A stretch of DNA of 64,000 nt from Octopus sinensis (Eukaryota): the NCBI RefSeq assembly GCF_006345805.1, contig NC_043010.1, positions 10,416,001-10,480,000 on the forward strand, read 5' to 3'. Below the pieces are notes generated by a model, which had not been told where the DNA came from, searched no databases, and saw only the letters and a program-made list of their open reading frames with translations. Of this stretch, positions 12,554-27,393 are shown one piece after another. Position numbers and translations under genes: made by a program. Each line of letters begins with the position of its first letter. The stretch's first letter is position 1.

Positions 12554-12575
12554 TGGTGTTGTTGATATTGTTAGT

Positions 12576-12988
12576 AGTGGCTGTGTGGTAAGTAGCTTGC
12601 TAACCAACTACATGGTTCCGGGTTCAGTCCCACTGCATGGCATCTTGGGCAAGTGCCTTCTGCTATAGCCCCGGGCCGACCAATGACTTGTGAGTGGATT
12701 TGGTAGACGGAAACTGAAAGAAGCCTGTCATATCTATGTATATATATATGTGTATGTGTGTGTGTGTATGTTTGTGTGTCTGTGTTTGTCCCCCCTAGCA
12801 TTGCTTGACAACCGATGCTGGTGTGTTTACGTCCCCGTCACTTAGCGGTTCGGTAAAAGAGACCGATAGAATAAGTACTGGGCTTACAAAGAATAAATCC
12901 TGGGGTCGATTCGCTCGACTAAAGGCGGTGCTCCAGCATGGGCACAGTCAAATGACTGAAACAAGTAAACGAGTAAAAGAGTAAAGAG
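12576..12988 (+). mobile_element. SINE family A (CORE-like), full length
   Basis: tRNA-like head AGTGGCTGTGTGGTAAG...GGGTTCAGTCCC, CORE-like CTTGGGCAAGT, internal (TA)n(TG)n, tail ending in (AAGAGTA)n. Confidence 0.85.
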
Positions 12989-12989
12989 T

Positions 12990-13618
12990 TGTTGGGTGGT
13001 GATAAAGGGAGTGATAGTGACAGTGGCAGTGGTGGTGATGGTGGTAGTTGTAGGGGTGGTGGTGGTGGTGGTGGTGGCAGTGTTGTTTTTGTTGGTGATG
13101 GTGGAGGTAGAGCTGGTAAATATTGTGACAGTGATGGTACTGATGATGATAATGATTATGATGGTGGTGCTGGTTGCTGTGGTACTGGTGGGAGTGGTGC
13201 TGGTGGCAGTGGTACTGGTGGCAGTGGTACTGGTGGCAGTGGTGCTGGCAGCAGTGGTACTGGTAGCAGTGGTACAGGTGGCAGTGGTGCTGGTGGAAGT
13301 GGTGCTGGTGGAAGTGGTACTGGTGGAAGTGGTGCTGGTGCTGGTGTGCTTGTGATGGGTGTTGATCATGGCTGTGATGATGATGATAGTGAAATGATGA
13401 TAATGTTGTTGTTGTTATCGTTTGCAGTGGTGATGATGATAATGATGATGGGAAGGAGTAGGAGGAAGAACAAGAGGATGGTAACGATAGTGATGGTGAT
13501 GCTTATAAGACTAAACCTAATGACATAACAAAGACAAACAGAGCATTCATGGTTCTGGGTACAGCTACAGCTGGAAGTGCATTGAGAAATGATGATGATG
13601 ATGATGAAGGTGATGGTA

Positions 13619-13651
<33 letters not shown>

Positions 13652-14200
13652 GTAATGATGTTGATGATGATGCTCATGGTGATGCAGATGCTGATGACGC
13701 TGATGCTGATACTAATGGTAGTGGTAGTGGTTGTAGTGGTGGTGGTGGCGGTGGTGGTGGTGATAACGATGATGATGATGGTGAAGAGGATGACAATAAG
13801 TATGAGGATGAGAAGGAAGTGGGAGCTGATTATGATTGTGATGATGACCGTGGGTGGTGGTGGTGGTGTAGTGGTGTTGGCAATGGTGGTGTTGGTGATG
13901 GTGGTTTTGGTGATAGTGGTGGCAGTGCTGATAATGATGATGATGATGGTGGTCATGGTGGTGGTGTTTGTAGTGGTGGTGGGTGTGGTGGTGAGTGTGG
14001 TGGTGGTGGTGGTGGTGGTGGTGGTGGTGGTTGTGGCAATGATGATGATTATCATTATCACCACTATGATCAATATAACCATAACCATGATCGTGATTAT
14101 GGTAGAGGTGGTTGTGGTGGTGATGGTGCAGGTGATGATAGATGATAATGATGATGATAACGACGTTGGCGATGATGATGATGACGATGATGTCGAAAAT
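12990..14200. repeat. Degenerate (GGT)n/(GAT)n low-complexity block
   Basis: Direct reading. Confidence 0.9.
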
Positions 14201-14904
14201 AAAGGGGGTGTGATCACAATGACAATGATTAGGATCACGGTTGTTTTCTTTATTTTTTTTCTTTGTCATCTATTCTATTTTATTTTACTTTTTTAATCTT
14301 TTCCTTCCCTTCCCATTCTTTCTTTCTTTCACACCGCTTCTTCCCCCACGCCCCTTTTTCTCCGTCGCCCCCTCTGGCCCCTATCCATTGTAAAGTCAGT
14401 ATATTCATTATTGTTTTATCTTAAGAAATCACTATGCAAAGATCGAGAGCTAGCAAGCGATTATTGAAGATGTATGATCGTTCGTTGCCAAACAAGAAGA
14501 CCAAAGAGTTCAGACCATTATTTTTGAATGGCAGCTGAACAAATGCTCATAATAGTTATGTGATAACACCATGCAGTTGTTTTGAACTAATGTCACGATA
14601 TAAACATCTAAGCCAAAGACACTATTGAGATGGGCACAATGTATTGAGATGCTATGGCATGTAAAAGAATTATTGAATGAACGTTAATCAGTTGGCCAGA
14701 ATGAATAGCAGCGCGGTGAAGTCAGAGATATATCACTATAGCTAGCATGTGCTAATATCTGCATCTGTTGGGTTTGTACCAATTAGCAGGGGATGTGCAA
14801 CAAAAGAAAATTGCTTCTGAGAAATGAGAACAACAGATTGTTCAATAGAAAGAAAATGTTCATTAATGATATGGATCTAAATCATAAACAACAATGCATA
14901 ATAA

Positions 14905-14999
14905 TGGTGATAATGATAACAACAACAACAACAACGACAACAACGACAACGACACAGGCAATGACAATGACAATGAGGATAATAATGGTGGTGATAATG

Positions 15000-15032
<33 letters not shown>

Positions 15033-15080
15033 TTAGTAATAATAATAGTAATAATAGTGATAATAATAATAGTAATGAGG

Positions 15081-15167
<87 letters not shown>

Positions 15168-15174
15168 TATGATG

Positions 15175-15228
<54 letters not shown>

Positions 15229-15330
15229 GTAGTAGTAGTAGTAATAATAATAATGATAATAATAATGATAATAATATAATAATAATAATAATAATATAAT
15301 AATAATAATAATAAAATAATAATAATAGTA

Positions 15331-15365
<35 letters not shown>

Positions 15366-15489
15366 TAATAATAATATAATAATAATAATTATGATGATAA
15401 TAATATAATAATAATAATAATAAAATAATAATAATAATAATAATAGTAGTAGTAGTAGTAATAATAATAATAATAGTATAATAATAATG

Positions 15490-15522
<33 letters not shown>

Positions 15523-15660
15523 TAATAATAATAATAATTATAATAATAATAATATAATAATAATAATAATAGTAGTAGTAGTAGTAGTATAATAATAATA
15601 ATAATAATAATGATAATAATAATAATAATGAGGATAATGATGTTGATAATAATAGCAATT
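14905..15660. repeat. (AAT)n microsatellite
   Basis: Direct reading. Confidence 0.95.
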
Positions 15661-16141
15661 ATAATGGCTGCCTTGTGTTGAGATGGAACGTTATAATCTT
15701 CAGCTCATGTTGAAGAAAGACGAAAATTTTATATTCCGTATAATAAAGAGAGTTTCAGTTGAAATAGAACATAGAAGAGTCTTGGAGAAATTCTTCAAGG
15801 AAGTTAGTGATTGAGACATAAAGACGTGAAGAGTAAGGGGGTGGCATGGGGGGGGGAGTGAAGTGTAGAGAGTAAAGGAGATGGACAGGAAGTGAGAGTG
15901 AAGCAAAAAGAGAGATATGTATTTGTATGTATGTGTGTATGTATGTATGTATGTATGTATGTATGTATGAATGTATATACACATGTGCTCTCGCACACAC
16001 ACACACATACACACACATTTATTAAAGAGAGAGAAATAGAGACCGAGAAAGGATGAGAGAAAGAGAGACACTTGTGTACGTTTATATGTAGAAATAAATT
16101 TGTTTATATATAAAGCATATATATTGGAAGTCATATATACA

Positions 16142-16182
<41 letters not shown>

Positions 16183-16234
16183 GAGTTAAGTAGGTGTGTA
16201 AATATACATATATAAATTTATATATATATATATA

Positions 16235-16942
16235 TACAAACACACAAACACACATGCACATGTACACACATGCACATGTATATATTCATATAAAAATATA
16301 AACTTACATTCATATACACACTTATCTTCACATAAGTGTATGCATGTGGTGTGTATGGTTTCTTATATATATATATATCTTTTATATAAACAATTTATTT
16401 GTACATATAAATATATAGAAAACGTCTACTATGCTATTCTCTCTATCTTTCTTTATTATATATACACACACATATATATGTATATAGATATATATGTGTG
16501 TGTATGTATATATGCATGTATATATATGTATGTATATATATATATATTATATATATATATATATACATACATAATATATATATATATACAATATATATAT
16601 ATATATATATATATATAGATACATATATATATATACATATATATATACACACACACAAACACACATGCACATGTACACACATGCACATGTATATATTCAT
16701 ATAAAAATATAAACTTACATTCATATACACACTTATCTTCACATAAGTGTATGCATGTGGTGTGTATGGTTTCTTATATATATATATATCTTTTTATATA
16801 AACAAATTTATTTGTACATATAAATATATAGAAAACGTCTACTATGCTTATTCTCTCTATCTTTCTTTATTATATATACACACACATATATATGTATATA
16901 GATATATATGTGTGTGTATGTATATATGCATGTATATATATG

Positions 16943-17014
<72 letters not shown>

Positions 17015-17060
17015 TATATACATATATATATATTACATATATATATATACATATATAATA
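16235..17060. repeat. Tandem duplication of an about 411-bp low-complexity unit
   Basis: CACATGCACATGTACACACATGCAC...AAACGTCTACTATGCT occurs from 16251 and from 16662. Confidence 0.85.
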
Positions 17061-17308
17061 TACACACACACACATATGTGAGCATATATATATGCATATA
17101 TACATACACATGTATATGCCATTTGTGAGAGCATATACATATTTATATAATGATGATGATGTATATTCATGTATACCTGTATACACACATACATGCACAG
17201 CCAAATACATACATCTACTCACCAGATATATACACATGTACAACACATACACTCACACATATACACACTCACACATATCTACTCACACACAAACACACAC
17301 ACACACAC

Positions 17309-17362
<54 letters not shown>

Positions 17363-18312
17363 CTCACACATACACACACATTCAGATACACATGCACAAA
17401 CACACAGATTATTTTGAGTAATTGCAAATTATGTGAATTCAAGTCTGATAACAGATAACATGAATCCTCCTGAGGTAAGTTAGCTTTACATAACTCGCCT
17501 TATTCTGGTCTTCTTTGCTAGCTTTAGAAATGCATTTCTTCTCATTAATTCTATTTATTCAGGGAAGATAGCAAAAGATATACTTGATAAATGAGAATTG
17601 AATTCTAAATTTTCCAGACATTTGAAATTCTATGTCTTTGTGTCTTTTATATTTGTTTTGTTTTCATTTTGATTATATATATTTTTTTTCACTTGTATTT
17701 ATTTTTATTTTTATTTTATGATTTTATTCTTTTGTTTGTCTAATTTTTATATTCTTTTTTTTCATTCTTGGTTGTTTGTTTTAATAATATGATTGATATC
17801 ATTGTAAAAGTTTCGCATTATATTGCAAAATTTCTTTTTCTTGTATTTTTCTTTGTATGTGTGTTTTCTTATTTTTGTTTTTTTTTTTGTTTTGTCTTTT
17901 TATTCTTTCTTTCACAAATAATTGAAAATACTGAGAATTTTATGAAGATTGAAAATTTATAAAAATCTACAATGATTAATCAACCCACTAATGATTTAAA
18001 TGGTGAAAAATAAAAGAAAGAAAAATTGAAAATAATAAAACACACACAAAATATAATCAAAATAATGAGGAATAAAGCGTGAAATGTATGGAAATAATGG
18101 TAGAGAAGAAATTTCCTGTTGATAGGAATAGATCTACAAAGGTAATGCTGTCTTCAACATTGACATATTTCATTCTATTTTGAGATAAAAGAAATTCTTT
18201 CTTGATTTAATTGTTAACTGAATTCCTTGTAGTACAGAGATAAAAGAAGTAGATATGTTTATGTATATCTATATCTTTATATATATATATCCATATCTAT
18301 ATGTATGCACGT

Positions 18313-18360
<48 letters not shown>

Positions 18361-19336
18361 CTGTGTGTATATGTATGTGCATATATAAATGTCTATGTAT
18401 ATACATATGTATGTAGCATCATCATATCTTTTAACGTCTGTTTTCCATGCTGGAATGATATAGATACGATATAATTATACATATCTAAACACATGTAAGT
18501 ATATAAATACATACATACATGCATACATACATACATACATACATACATACATACTACATACATACATACATACATACATACATACATGCATACATACATG
18601 CATATATGCATACATACATATATATATATCTATATCTATATATATCTATATATCTATCTATATATATATATCTATATACATATATATACACTTTTATAAA
18701 TACATGTGCATTCATATATGAATACACACACAATGCATATACAAATAGACACATAGATTGATAGATACATTCACAGAGGCATACATATACACAGAGACAT
18801 ATGCCCACACACTCCATCTGAAATATGTACGCATATATGAATATATGTACAAAATTACTGTAACCAGCATGTTTTATGATAAATTATAAATAAATCTACA
18901 TGTGTTTGGTTAATTAACGAAGATTTACTTCAAACCACCTGTGTCTCTCTTCAGAATGACTTTAGGAGCAACAGCACGGTTATTCTCACTGATCCATATA
19001 ATCACATCAGAATTTTTCACTTCATTTGACCAACATAAAGAGAGGATGACTTACATCTACATATGAAAAAAATATGTTTTGAACGACAGGCATTGATTTG
19101 CTCAGCTGCATATCATGAACCTACCTCACTGGTGCGGTAATTTGTATAAATGAAATAGGTGAAAGAAGCAAAGTGTTTGAGAATGAAGTCTAAATAATGT
19201 ACAAGGATACATTTTACGAGTATACACTGTACTTCATCTTCTTTTGGGGGAAATAATTCTCCACGTTTAAATTTAGTCATCTCTGTGCAGAAATGTAGAA
19301 TGAACTGAATAACATGTATGTATGTACGTGTATATA

Positions 19337-19374
<38 letters not shown>

Positions 19375-19411
19375 TATACACACACACGTATATATGTGTA
19401 TATATGTACTC

Positions 19412-19790
19412 GTTACTCTCTACTCTTTTACTTGTTTCAGTTATTTGACTGTAGCCATGCTGGAGCACCACCTTTAGTCAAGCAAATTGACTCCAGGACT
19501 TATTCTTTGTAAGCCTAGTACTTATTCTATCAGTCTCTTTTGCCGAACCATTAAGTTACGGGGATGTAAACACACCAGCATCAGTTTTCAAACGATGTTG
19601 GTGGGGACAAACATATACACACACATACATATATACTATGGGCTTCTTTCAGTTTCCGTCTACCAAATCCGCTAACGAGGCTTTTGTCAGCCCGAGGCTA
19701 TAGTAGAAGACACTTGCCCAAGGTGCCACGCAGTGGGACTGAACCTGGAACACTGTGGTTCATAAGCAAGCTACTTACCACACACTACTC
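19412..19790 (-). mobile_element. SINE family A
   Basis: Reverse complement of the family A head and tail. Confidence 0.85.
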
Positions 19791-19979
19791 CAATGCCTAT
19801 ATATATATAACACACACACACACACATATATATATATATCATCATCATCATCATATAATATATATGTGTGTATGTGTGTATACTTACATATATATGAATA
19901 TGTGTATATACATATATATATATAGTTATACACACACATATATATATATGCATTATGTATTATTTCCATAAACATATAT

Positions 19980-20084
19980 GCATATAAATATATGTATACT
20001 CATATTTATTTGTATGTATGTATGCACGTATTCCTGTATGTATGTATGTATGTATGTATGTATGTATGTATGTATGTATGTATG

Positions 20085-20118
<34 letters not shown>

Positions 20119-20151
20119 TGTATGTATGTATGCATGTGGTATGTATGTATG

Positions 20152-20182
<31 letters not shown>

Positions 20183-20284
20183 TATGTATGTATGTATGTA
20201 TGGATGTTTGTATGCATGTATGTATGTATGTGTGTAGCATGTATGTATGTATGTATGTATGTATGTTTATGTATGTATGTAGTA

Positions 20285-20315
<31 letters not shown>

Positions 20316-20545
20316 TGTATGTATGTATGTATGCTGTCATGTATGTAGTATGTATGTATGTATGTATGTATGTATACTGTACTGTATTGTACTGTATGAT
20401 GCTGTATGTATGTATGTATGTATGCATGTATGTATGTATGTATGCATGTATGTATGTATGTATGTATGTATGTATGTATGCATGCATGTATGTATGTATG
20501 TATGTATGTATGTATGTATGTATGCACGTATGTATGTATGCATGT
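19980..20545. repeat. (ATGT)n microsatellite
   Basis: Direct reading. Confidence 0.95.
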
Positions 20546-20977
20546 TCAAATGTAATTCAGTAATTCACTTAGTACAGTGGAAGTTGAAGCTGAAATAACC
20601 AACTTCCTCCTTCTTGAATTTGCCAACTGAAAATTAATTACAAATTTGAAATCTTATAATTAAATTTATTCTCTTTACTGATCTCCTGTATTATAAGCAT
20701 GTCTTGATGTAGAGGGCGGCGAATGCAGCTTTAATGTGAAAATATTACATTTGTATACAGGAAAAGTATATATTTCCCTCATTATATATATATGGAATCT
20801 TTCTATATCTAATTGTCTTTGTTAATGTTTCTGCATATGTAGGTGTGTACGTATGCATGTCATGCAGGAGTATCTATGCATATTTTATATATATATATAT
20901 ATATTATATATATATATATATATATACATATATATACATATATAATATATATATATATATAGATAGATATATATATA

Positions 20978-21011
<34 letters not shown>

Positions 21012-21086
21012 TACATTACATATATATATATATATAACATACAAATATATATATATATTAATATACATATAATACATATATCTACA

Positions 21087-21138
<52 letters not shown>

Positions 21139-21662
21139 TATATATTTCTACATACACATACACATGTGCATTTGTGTATATATATATATAAATATATATG
21201 TATGTATGTGTGTATGTATTTCAACCTCTCACAAATACATAGACACTTTAGATACTTTAGATATACACATATGCACATAATTATATGTATGAGTGTAAAT
21301 GAGTTTTTATGGTAGCTTATGGAAATAGGTATATTTATGTTAAATCTCTCAAAGTTACGCATTTCATGATGATATGTATTTCTGGTATGTGTGTTAAAAT
21401 TCCTATTACATATATTTAAAAGAATGTTTTTCTTCCTTCCATTAATTGCAATGTTATTCAAATGAAGTTTTATACATTTGGTTGAAACTTCCAATATTAC
21501 CGTTTCTTTGCATCCTAAATTATTGAATATATTAATGCATATGAATATGTGTGCATGCATATGTATGTGTATGTGTATGTGTGTGTGAGTGTGTGTGTTT
21601 CTGTGAATGTGCACATGTATATACGTGTATGCGTGTGAATATGTATGTATATATATGCATAT

Positions 21663-22080
21663 AGGAGTGGTTGTGTGGTAAGTAGCTTGCTAACCAACCA
21701 CATGGTTCCGGGTTCAGTCCCACTGCGTGGCACCTTGGGCAAGTGTCTTCTGCTATAGCCCCGGGCCGACCAATGCCTTGTGAGTGGATTTGGTAGATGG
21801 AAACTGAAAGAAGCCTGTCGTATATATTTATATATATATATATATATATGTGTGTGTGAGTGTATGTGTTTGTGTGTCTGTGTTTGTCCCCCTAGCATTG
21901 CTTGACAACATATGCTGGTGTGTTTACGTCCCCGTCACTTAGCGGTTTTGCAAAAGAGACCAATAGAATAAGTACTGGGCTTACAAAGAATAAGTCCCGG
22001 GGTCGATTTGCTCGACTAAAGGTGGTGCTCCAGCATGGCCGCAGTCAAATAACTGAAACAAGTAAAAGAGTAAAAGAGTA
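21663..22080 (+). mobile_element. SINE family A
   Basis: Full head-microsatellite-tail structure. Confidence 0.85.
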
Positions 22081-22116
22081 TATATAATGAATATATGTAT
22101 ATACACATATATACAA

Positions 22117-22441
22117 ACAGGCACTCCGTTGGTTACAATGACAAGTGTTCCAGGTGATCCGATCAACAGAACAACCTGCTCATGGAACTATCATCTAAGT
22201 GGCTGAGTATTCCACAGACACATGGATCCTAAATGTAGTTCTCAGTGAGATTCAGCATGATGTAGAGTGTGACAAGGCTGGCTCTTTGAAATACAGGTAC
22301 TACTCATGTTTGCCAGCTGAGTGGACTGGAGCAATGTAAAATAAAGTGTTCTGTTCCAGAGCAGAATGCACCACTGGAAATCAAACTCATGAGCTTATGA
22401 TCATGAGCCAAGTACCCTAACCACTAAGCCATGCACCTTCA
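22117..22441 (-). mobile_element. tRNA-derived SINE family E
   Basis: Minus-strand head TGAAGGTGCATGGCTTAGTGGTTAGGG...GAGTTTGATTTCC; related pieces at 31205-31948. Confidence 0.75.
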
Positions 22442-22856
22442 CAAATATATGCATATACAAACACACACGCACACACACACTCACACACATATATATTATG
22501 GAGATGTACTTGCATAGAAAGTGACCTGATCTGTGAGCATGTGCTGAAACGAAAATAATTGCAGCATGGAAGGTATTTATAAGCCATTTAAAAACACACA
22601 AAAACTGTTAGATTCACTTCAACATTTAAATTTAATTTGTCAAATTTGTATGTATGTATGTATGCATGTATGCACATATATATGCATGTTTGTATGTATG
22701 TATGTATCTATAAATGTATGTATGTGTGTATATATGTGCAATGGCGGTGCCCCAGCATGGCCACAGCTCAGGAGCTGAAACTGGAAAACATAAACATAAA
22801 TATATATATGTATGTATATGTATATATTTATGTATGTATATATATACATATATTTG

Positions 22857-23482
22857 TGAAGGTTTGAGGAGAGCTGTGTGAAGTGCGTTGAAGGAATCCA
22901 GAATCCAAGAAGACATGGGATGAGGTGATGAAGTATGACCTTCAAACGTTGGGCCCCACAGAGGCAATGACGAAAGGCCGAGACTTCTGGGGATATGCGA
23001 GGACTGCAAAGACCCAGCAAATAAAATGAGTTTACAGCTGAAACCTACACCAGTGTCGCATAACCAACATACTCAAAAGTACCTTGGATCATAGGGTGAC
23101 ATGCTGTGCTTGAGGAGACCTATTGAGTTGAGTACATCAAAATCAAATGGAAGTTGTAGTTGTGCCAGTGGCACGTCAAAAGCACCACCTAAACATGGCC
23201 AATGCCAGTGCTGCCTTGACTGGCTTCCGTGCTGGTGGCACATTAAAAAACCCCAACCAATCGTGGTCATTGCCAGCCTTCTGTGGCCCCTGAGCTGGTG
23301 GCACGTAAAAAGCACCTACTACACTCTCAGAGCGGTTGGTGTTAGGAAGGGCATCCAGCTGTAGAAATACTGCCAAACCAGACTGGAGCCTGGTGCAGCC
23401 TTCTGGCTTCCCAGACACCAGTCAAACCGTCCAACCCATGCCAGCATGGAAAACGGACGTTAAATGATGATGATGATGACAA
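22857..23482 (+). mobile_element. RTE-clade LINE 3' end (ORF C-terminus, 3'UTR, (GAT)n tail)
   Basis: From 22907 it translates as KKTWDEVMKYDLQTLGPTEAMTKGRDFWGYARTAKTQQIK*, matching the RTE C-terminal pattern TW...DL..LG....DR..W. The UTR has repeated GGCACGT(A/C)AAA(A)GCACC-like motifs and ends CATGGAAAACGGACGTTAAATGATGATG. Confidence 0.75.
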
Positions 23483-23505
23483 TGATATATATATATATAT
23501 ATATG

Positions 23506-23916
23506 TCTTTTTAGTCTTTTAGTCTTTTACTTGTTTCAGTCATTTGACTGCGGCCATGCTGGAGCACCGCCTTTAGTCGAGCAACTTGACCCCGGGACTT
23601 ATTCTTTTTGTAAGCCCAGTACTTATTCTATCGGTCTCTTTTTGCCAACCGCTAAGTAACGGGGACGTAAACACACCAGCATCGGTTGTCAAGCAATGCT
23701 AGGGGGACAAACACAGACACACAAACACACACACATACATATATATACATATATACGACAGGCTTCTTTCAGTTTCCGTCTACCAAATCCACTCACATGG
23801 CATTGGTCGGCCCGGGGCTACAGCAGAAGACACTTGCCCAAGATGCCACGCAGTGGGACTGAACCCGGAACCATGTGGTTGGTTAGCAAGCTACTTACCA
23901 CACAGCCACTCCTGCG

Positions 23917-23917
<1 letters not shown>
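23506..23917 (-). mobile_element. SINE family A
   Basis: Full copy; the tail repeat is the variant (AAAAGACT)n. Confidence 0.85.
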
Positions 23918-23983
<66 letters not shown>

Positions 23984-24773
23984 AAGATAGTATACACTGA
24001 GATTGAACCTGGAGCCATGCACAGCTGAATAAATTTCTTGATCACAGAAATTAGAGACTATGAAAATAAACATACACACACTCACACACATTTTTAAACA
24101 CACATGCATGCACACTCACACATACACACACACTCTATATGTATAGATATACACTCTTCCTGACCTTGCATACAATCTGTCTCATTCAAATCTCCCTCAC
24201 TTCTCATCTTATTAACACTCATCCCTCACACTCTCAGCATCCACTTTATTGTCCACTGATCACCCTTTTACTGTGTCTCCTGTTATCTCTCCTTCTCCTC
24301 AGAGATATATATTAACACTGCCATTACCTTATCTTTAACACACTATATTATCAGTCCCATCTCATTGTCATTCTGCCATCAATGGCCTCCTCTTCCCACT
24401 TTTATTCCCCACTCACAATAGACACCCCTACATACCTCTGACATCCATCTCTGTCACTGCACATCTCTCTCTCTATTTCTTTCTCTCACTCTCTTTTTTT
24501 CTCTCTCTCTCACTCTTCTCACAAGGCAACATATCTCCATATTTGCTTATCTACCTACAGGTTTATTATGCAGCTGCTCTCCTCTCTTCCTATTCTGCTA
24601 CTTATCACCTCCTCTTTCCTGAGTTACTCTTATTCTGTCCCATCTCCCCCACACCCCGCCATACTTTTATTTACCATTGACCACATCTCTACCCTTGTTC
24701 CATTCACACCATACACCTCTGCATCCATCTCTAACCATCTGTCACTCTCCTCATCCTATCTAAGAACTTATCC

Positions 24774-25012
24774 GTTTATTTATTACCCACAAGGGGCTAA
24801 ACATAGAGGGAACAAACAAGGACAGACAAACGGATTAAGTCGATTACATCGACCCCAGTGCATAACTGGTACTTAATTTATCGACCCCGAAAGGATGAAA
24901 GGCAAAGTGGACCTGGGCGTAATTTGAACTCAGAACGTAACGGCAGACGAAATACAGCTACGCATTTCGCCCGGCGTGCTAATGACTCTGCCAACTCACC
25001 GCCTTTTAAGAA
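24774..25012 (-). mobile_element. SINE family B with 18-bp target-site duplication
   Basis: CTATCTAAGAACTTATCC at 24756-24773 and again at 25013-25030 flanks the element. Confidence 0.9.
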
Positions 25013-25413
25013 CTATCTAAGAACTTATCCACCAACACTTCTTGATTTGTTTTGGCCATATTCTCTCTCATACCTGCTTTCTTGTTCTTTCGGAGTATGA
25101 TCTGGTACCTCATCACCAGTTACTCCCACCCTTGAATAATGTATCTCCTCTATAGCAAGACACTTCTGTCTGCCCTTATACCACACATTAGAATCTCAAC
25201 ACCTAGAATAAAGCCACCTCTCTCTCTGCTGTAACCCCACTTAGTTGACTGGGTTTTTTTCTTTGTCATGTGAGTTACTGGACAACCTTACTTATGCTGG
25301 TATCTTGGAAAAGCACCTAGTACCCTTTGTGAAGTAAATAGGATTAGGAATGGCATCCAGCCATACAAATCATAGAAAGCAGACTTTGGGGCTCAATACA
25401 GTTCTTCAACCCA

Positions 25414-25630
25414 GGTTGGCAAGCTGGCAGAATCGTTAGTATGCCGGGCGAAATGTTTAGCAGTATTTCGTCTGTCTTTACATACTGACTTCAAATTCTG
25501 CCGAGGTCGACTTTGCCTTTCATCCTTTCGGGGTCGATAAATTAAGTACCAGTTGCATACTGGGGTTGATCTAATCGACTGCTGCCCTCTTCCAAAATTT
25601 TGGGCCTTGCACCTAGAGTAGAAAAGAATA
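25414..25630 (+). mobile_element. SINE family B, variant tail
   Basis: Family B head and body followed by CCAAAATTTTGGGCCTTG...CTAGAGTAGAAAAGA. Confidence 0.8.
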
Positions 25631-25723
25631 CAGTCCTCCAACTCATTAGATCCTGTTAAAGCATTCATCCCATGTCAGCTGCTAGTATGGAAGATGGACA
25701 TGTAATGATGATTATGTTCGTTA

Positions 25724-25945
25724 GCTCTGGCAGAACCGTTAGCACGCCGGGCGAAAAGTGTAGCCGTTTTCGTCTTCCATTACATTCTGAGTTCAAATTC
25801 CGCCGAGGTCGACTTTGCCTTTCATCCTTTCGGGGTTGATAAATTAAGGACCAATTACACACTGGGGTCGATATAATCGACTTAATCCCTTTGCCTGTCC
25901 TTGTTTGTCCCCTCTATGTTTAGCCCCTTGTGGGTAGTAAAGAAA
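25724..25945 (+). mobile_element. SINE family B
   Basis: Family B body ending GGGTAGTAAAGAAA. Confidence 0.8.
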
Positions 25946-26369
25946 CATATGTTCGTTACCTCTCTATATATACATGTGTGTGTGTGTGTGTGGTGTGTGT
26001 GTGTGTGTGTGTGCACATGTGTTTTATGCATTTGTGTGTGTGTGCATATGTGCATGCATGTGCACATGTGGGTGTATGCCTATAGGTATATGTATATATC
26101 TATATATGGAATTCAGGTAGTGTCATGTTTGATGGCATAAGATAAAAGGTACATACAATTAGTGTTCAGGCTGGTTTGCAGTCTAAAATCCAGCTTGAAA
26201 CTCCAACTAAGCGTGTAAAGGTGTTTTAGCTGCCTAATGAAGATTGATTATAGGTAATGTTTCAATTGAGCTGGTACATGCAAAGTAGAATAAAAATGTA
26301 ACCAGGAAAACAATCAGTATCAAGTCAGATTTTGATATTTATAGATGTATCATATATATATATATGTGA

Positions 26370-26480
26370 TCACATGACCGACCAGACCATCAGATGTTGT
26401 TACACATCGCTGGTCACAATGCGTTTGCATTGTTTTAGCCTTCGAATGATGCCACCCCGCTGGCTAAGCAAGCAGGCCAA
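26370..26480 (-). mobile_element. SINE family D 3' fragment
   Basis: CATCGCTGGTCACAATGCGTT...TAGCCTTCGAATGA...CCACCCCGCTGGCTAAGC matches 5340-5412. Confidence 0.7.
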
Positions 26481-26484
26481 TATA

Positions 26485-26562
<78 letters not shown>

Positions 26563-26662
26563 TATACATACATACATACATATATATATATACATACATA
26601 TATATATACATATATACATATATATACATATATATATATATACATATATATATGTATATATG

Positions 26663-26696
<34 letters not shown>

Positions 26697-26839
26697 TGTA
26701 TATACATTGACACAACTTAAAATTAATAATGAATGTTATGGGAGTTTAGATCATAAGCAATCTATAAAACATCAGTAGTGGAATGTTCATAATAGTTGTG
26801 CTATGTGCTGGTTATTCTCCTGGAATGAAACACGGGTAA

Positions 26840-27050
26840 AAAGCACTGGTGATGGTACCCCGTAAAAACACCCCAGTACACTCTGTAAAGTGGTTGGCTT
26901 TAGGAAGAGCATCAAGCTGTAGAAACCAAGCCAAAAACAAACTAGGGAATCTGATGTGGCCTCTGTCCTTGCCAGCTCCTGTCAAGCCACCCAACCTATG
27001 CCAGTATGGAAAATAGATGTTAAGTTGTGATGATGATGATGATGATGAAC
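26840..27050 (+). mobile_element. RTE-type 3'UTR fragment with (GAT)n tail
   Basis: Matches 23300-23480. Confidence 0.7.
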
Positions 27051-27191
27051 AGCTATAATGTAAGTCTGTATTATTGATATTAAATAGTAGGTAAAGCAGG
27101 TCATTGCAGATAGAATCCAATGCCGGAGGAAAAGAATGAAGATGTGCAGGTATCTCCTTCTTTTCAAATAACTTTCAATTAAGTTCCTCTC

Positions 27192-27360
27192 CGCAGGAGT
27201 GGCTGTGTGGTAAGTAGCTTGCTAACCAACCACATGGTTCCGGGTTCAGTCCCACTGTGTGGCATCTTGGGCAAGTGTCTTCTGCTATAGCCCCGGGCTG
27301 ACCAATGCCTTGTGAGTGGATTTGGTAGACAGAAACTGAAAGAAGCCTGTCGTATATATG

Positions 27361-27393
<33 letters not shown>

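Noticed and set aside
12884-14296. Gly/Ser/Asp-rich or mucin-like ORFs
   Set aside because: Degenerate GGT/GAT repeat running out of a SINE tail; multiple frames are open.
19049-19130. Minus-strand donor GAT|GTAAGT at 19054 with a possible upstream acceptor
   Set aside because: The hexamer is expected many times by chance in 64 kb; no other support.
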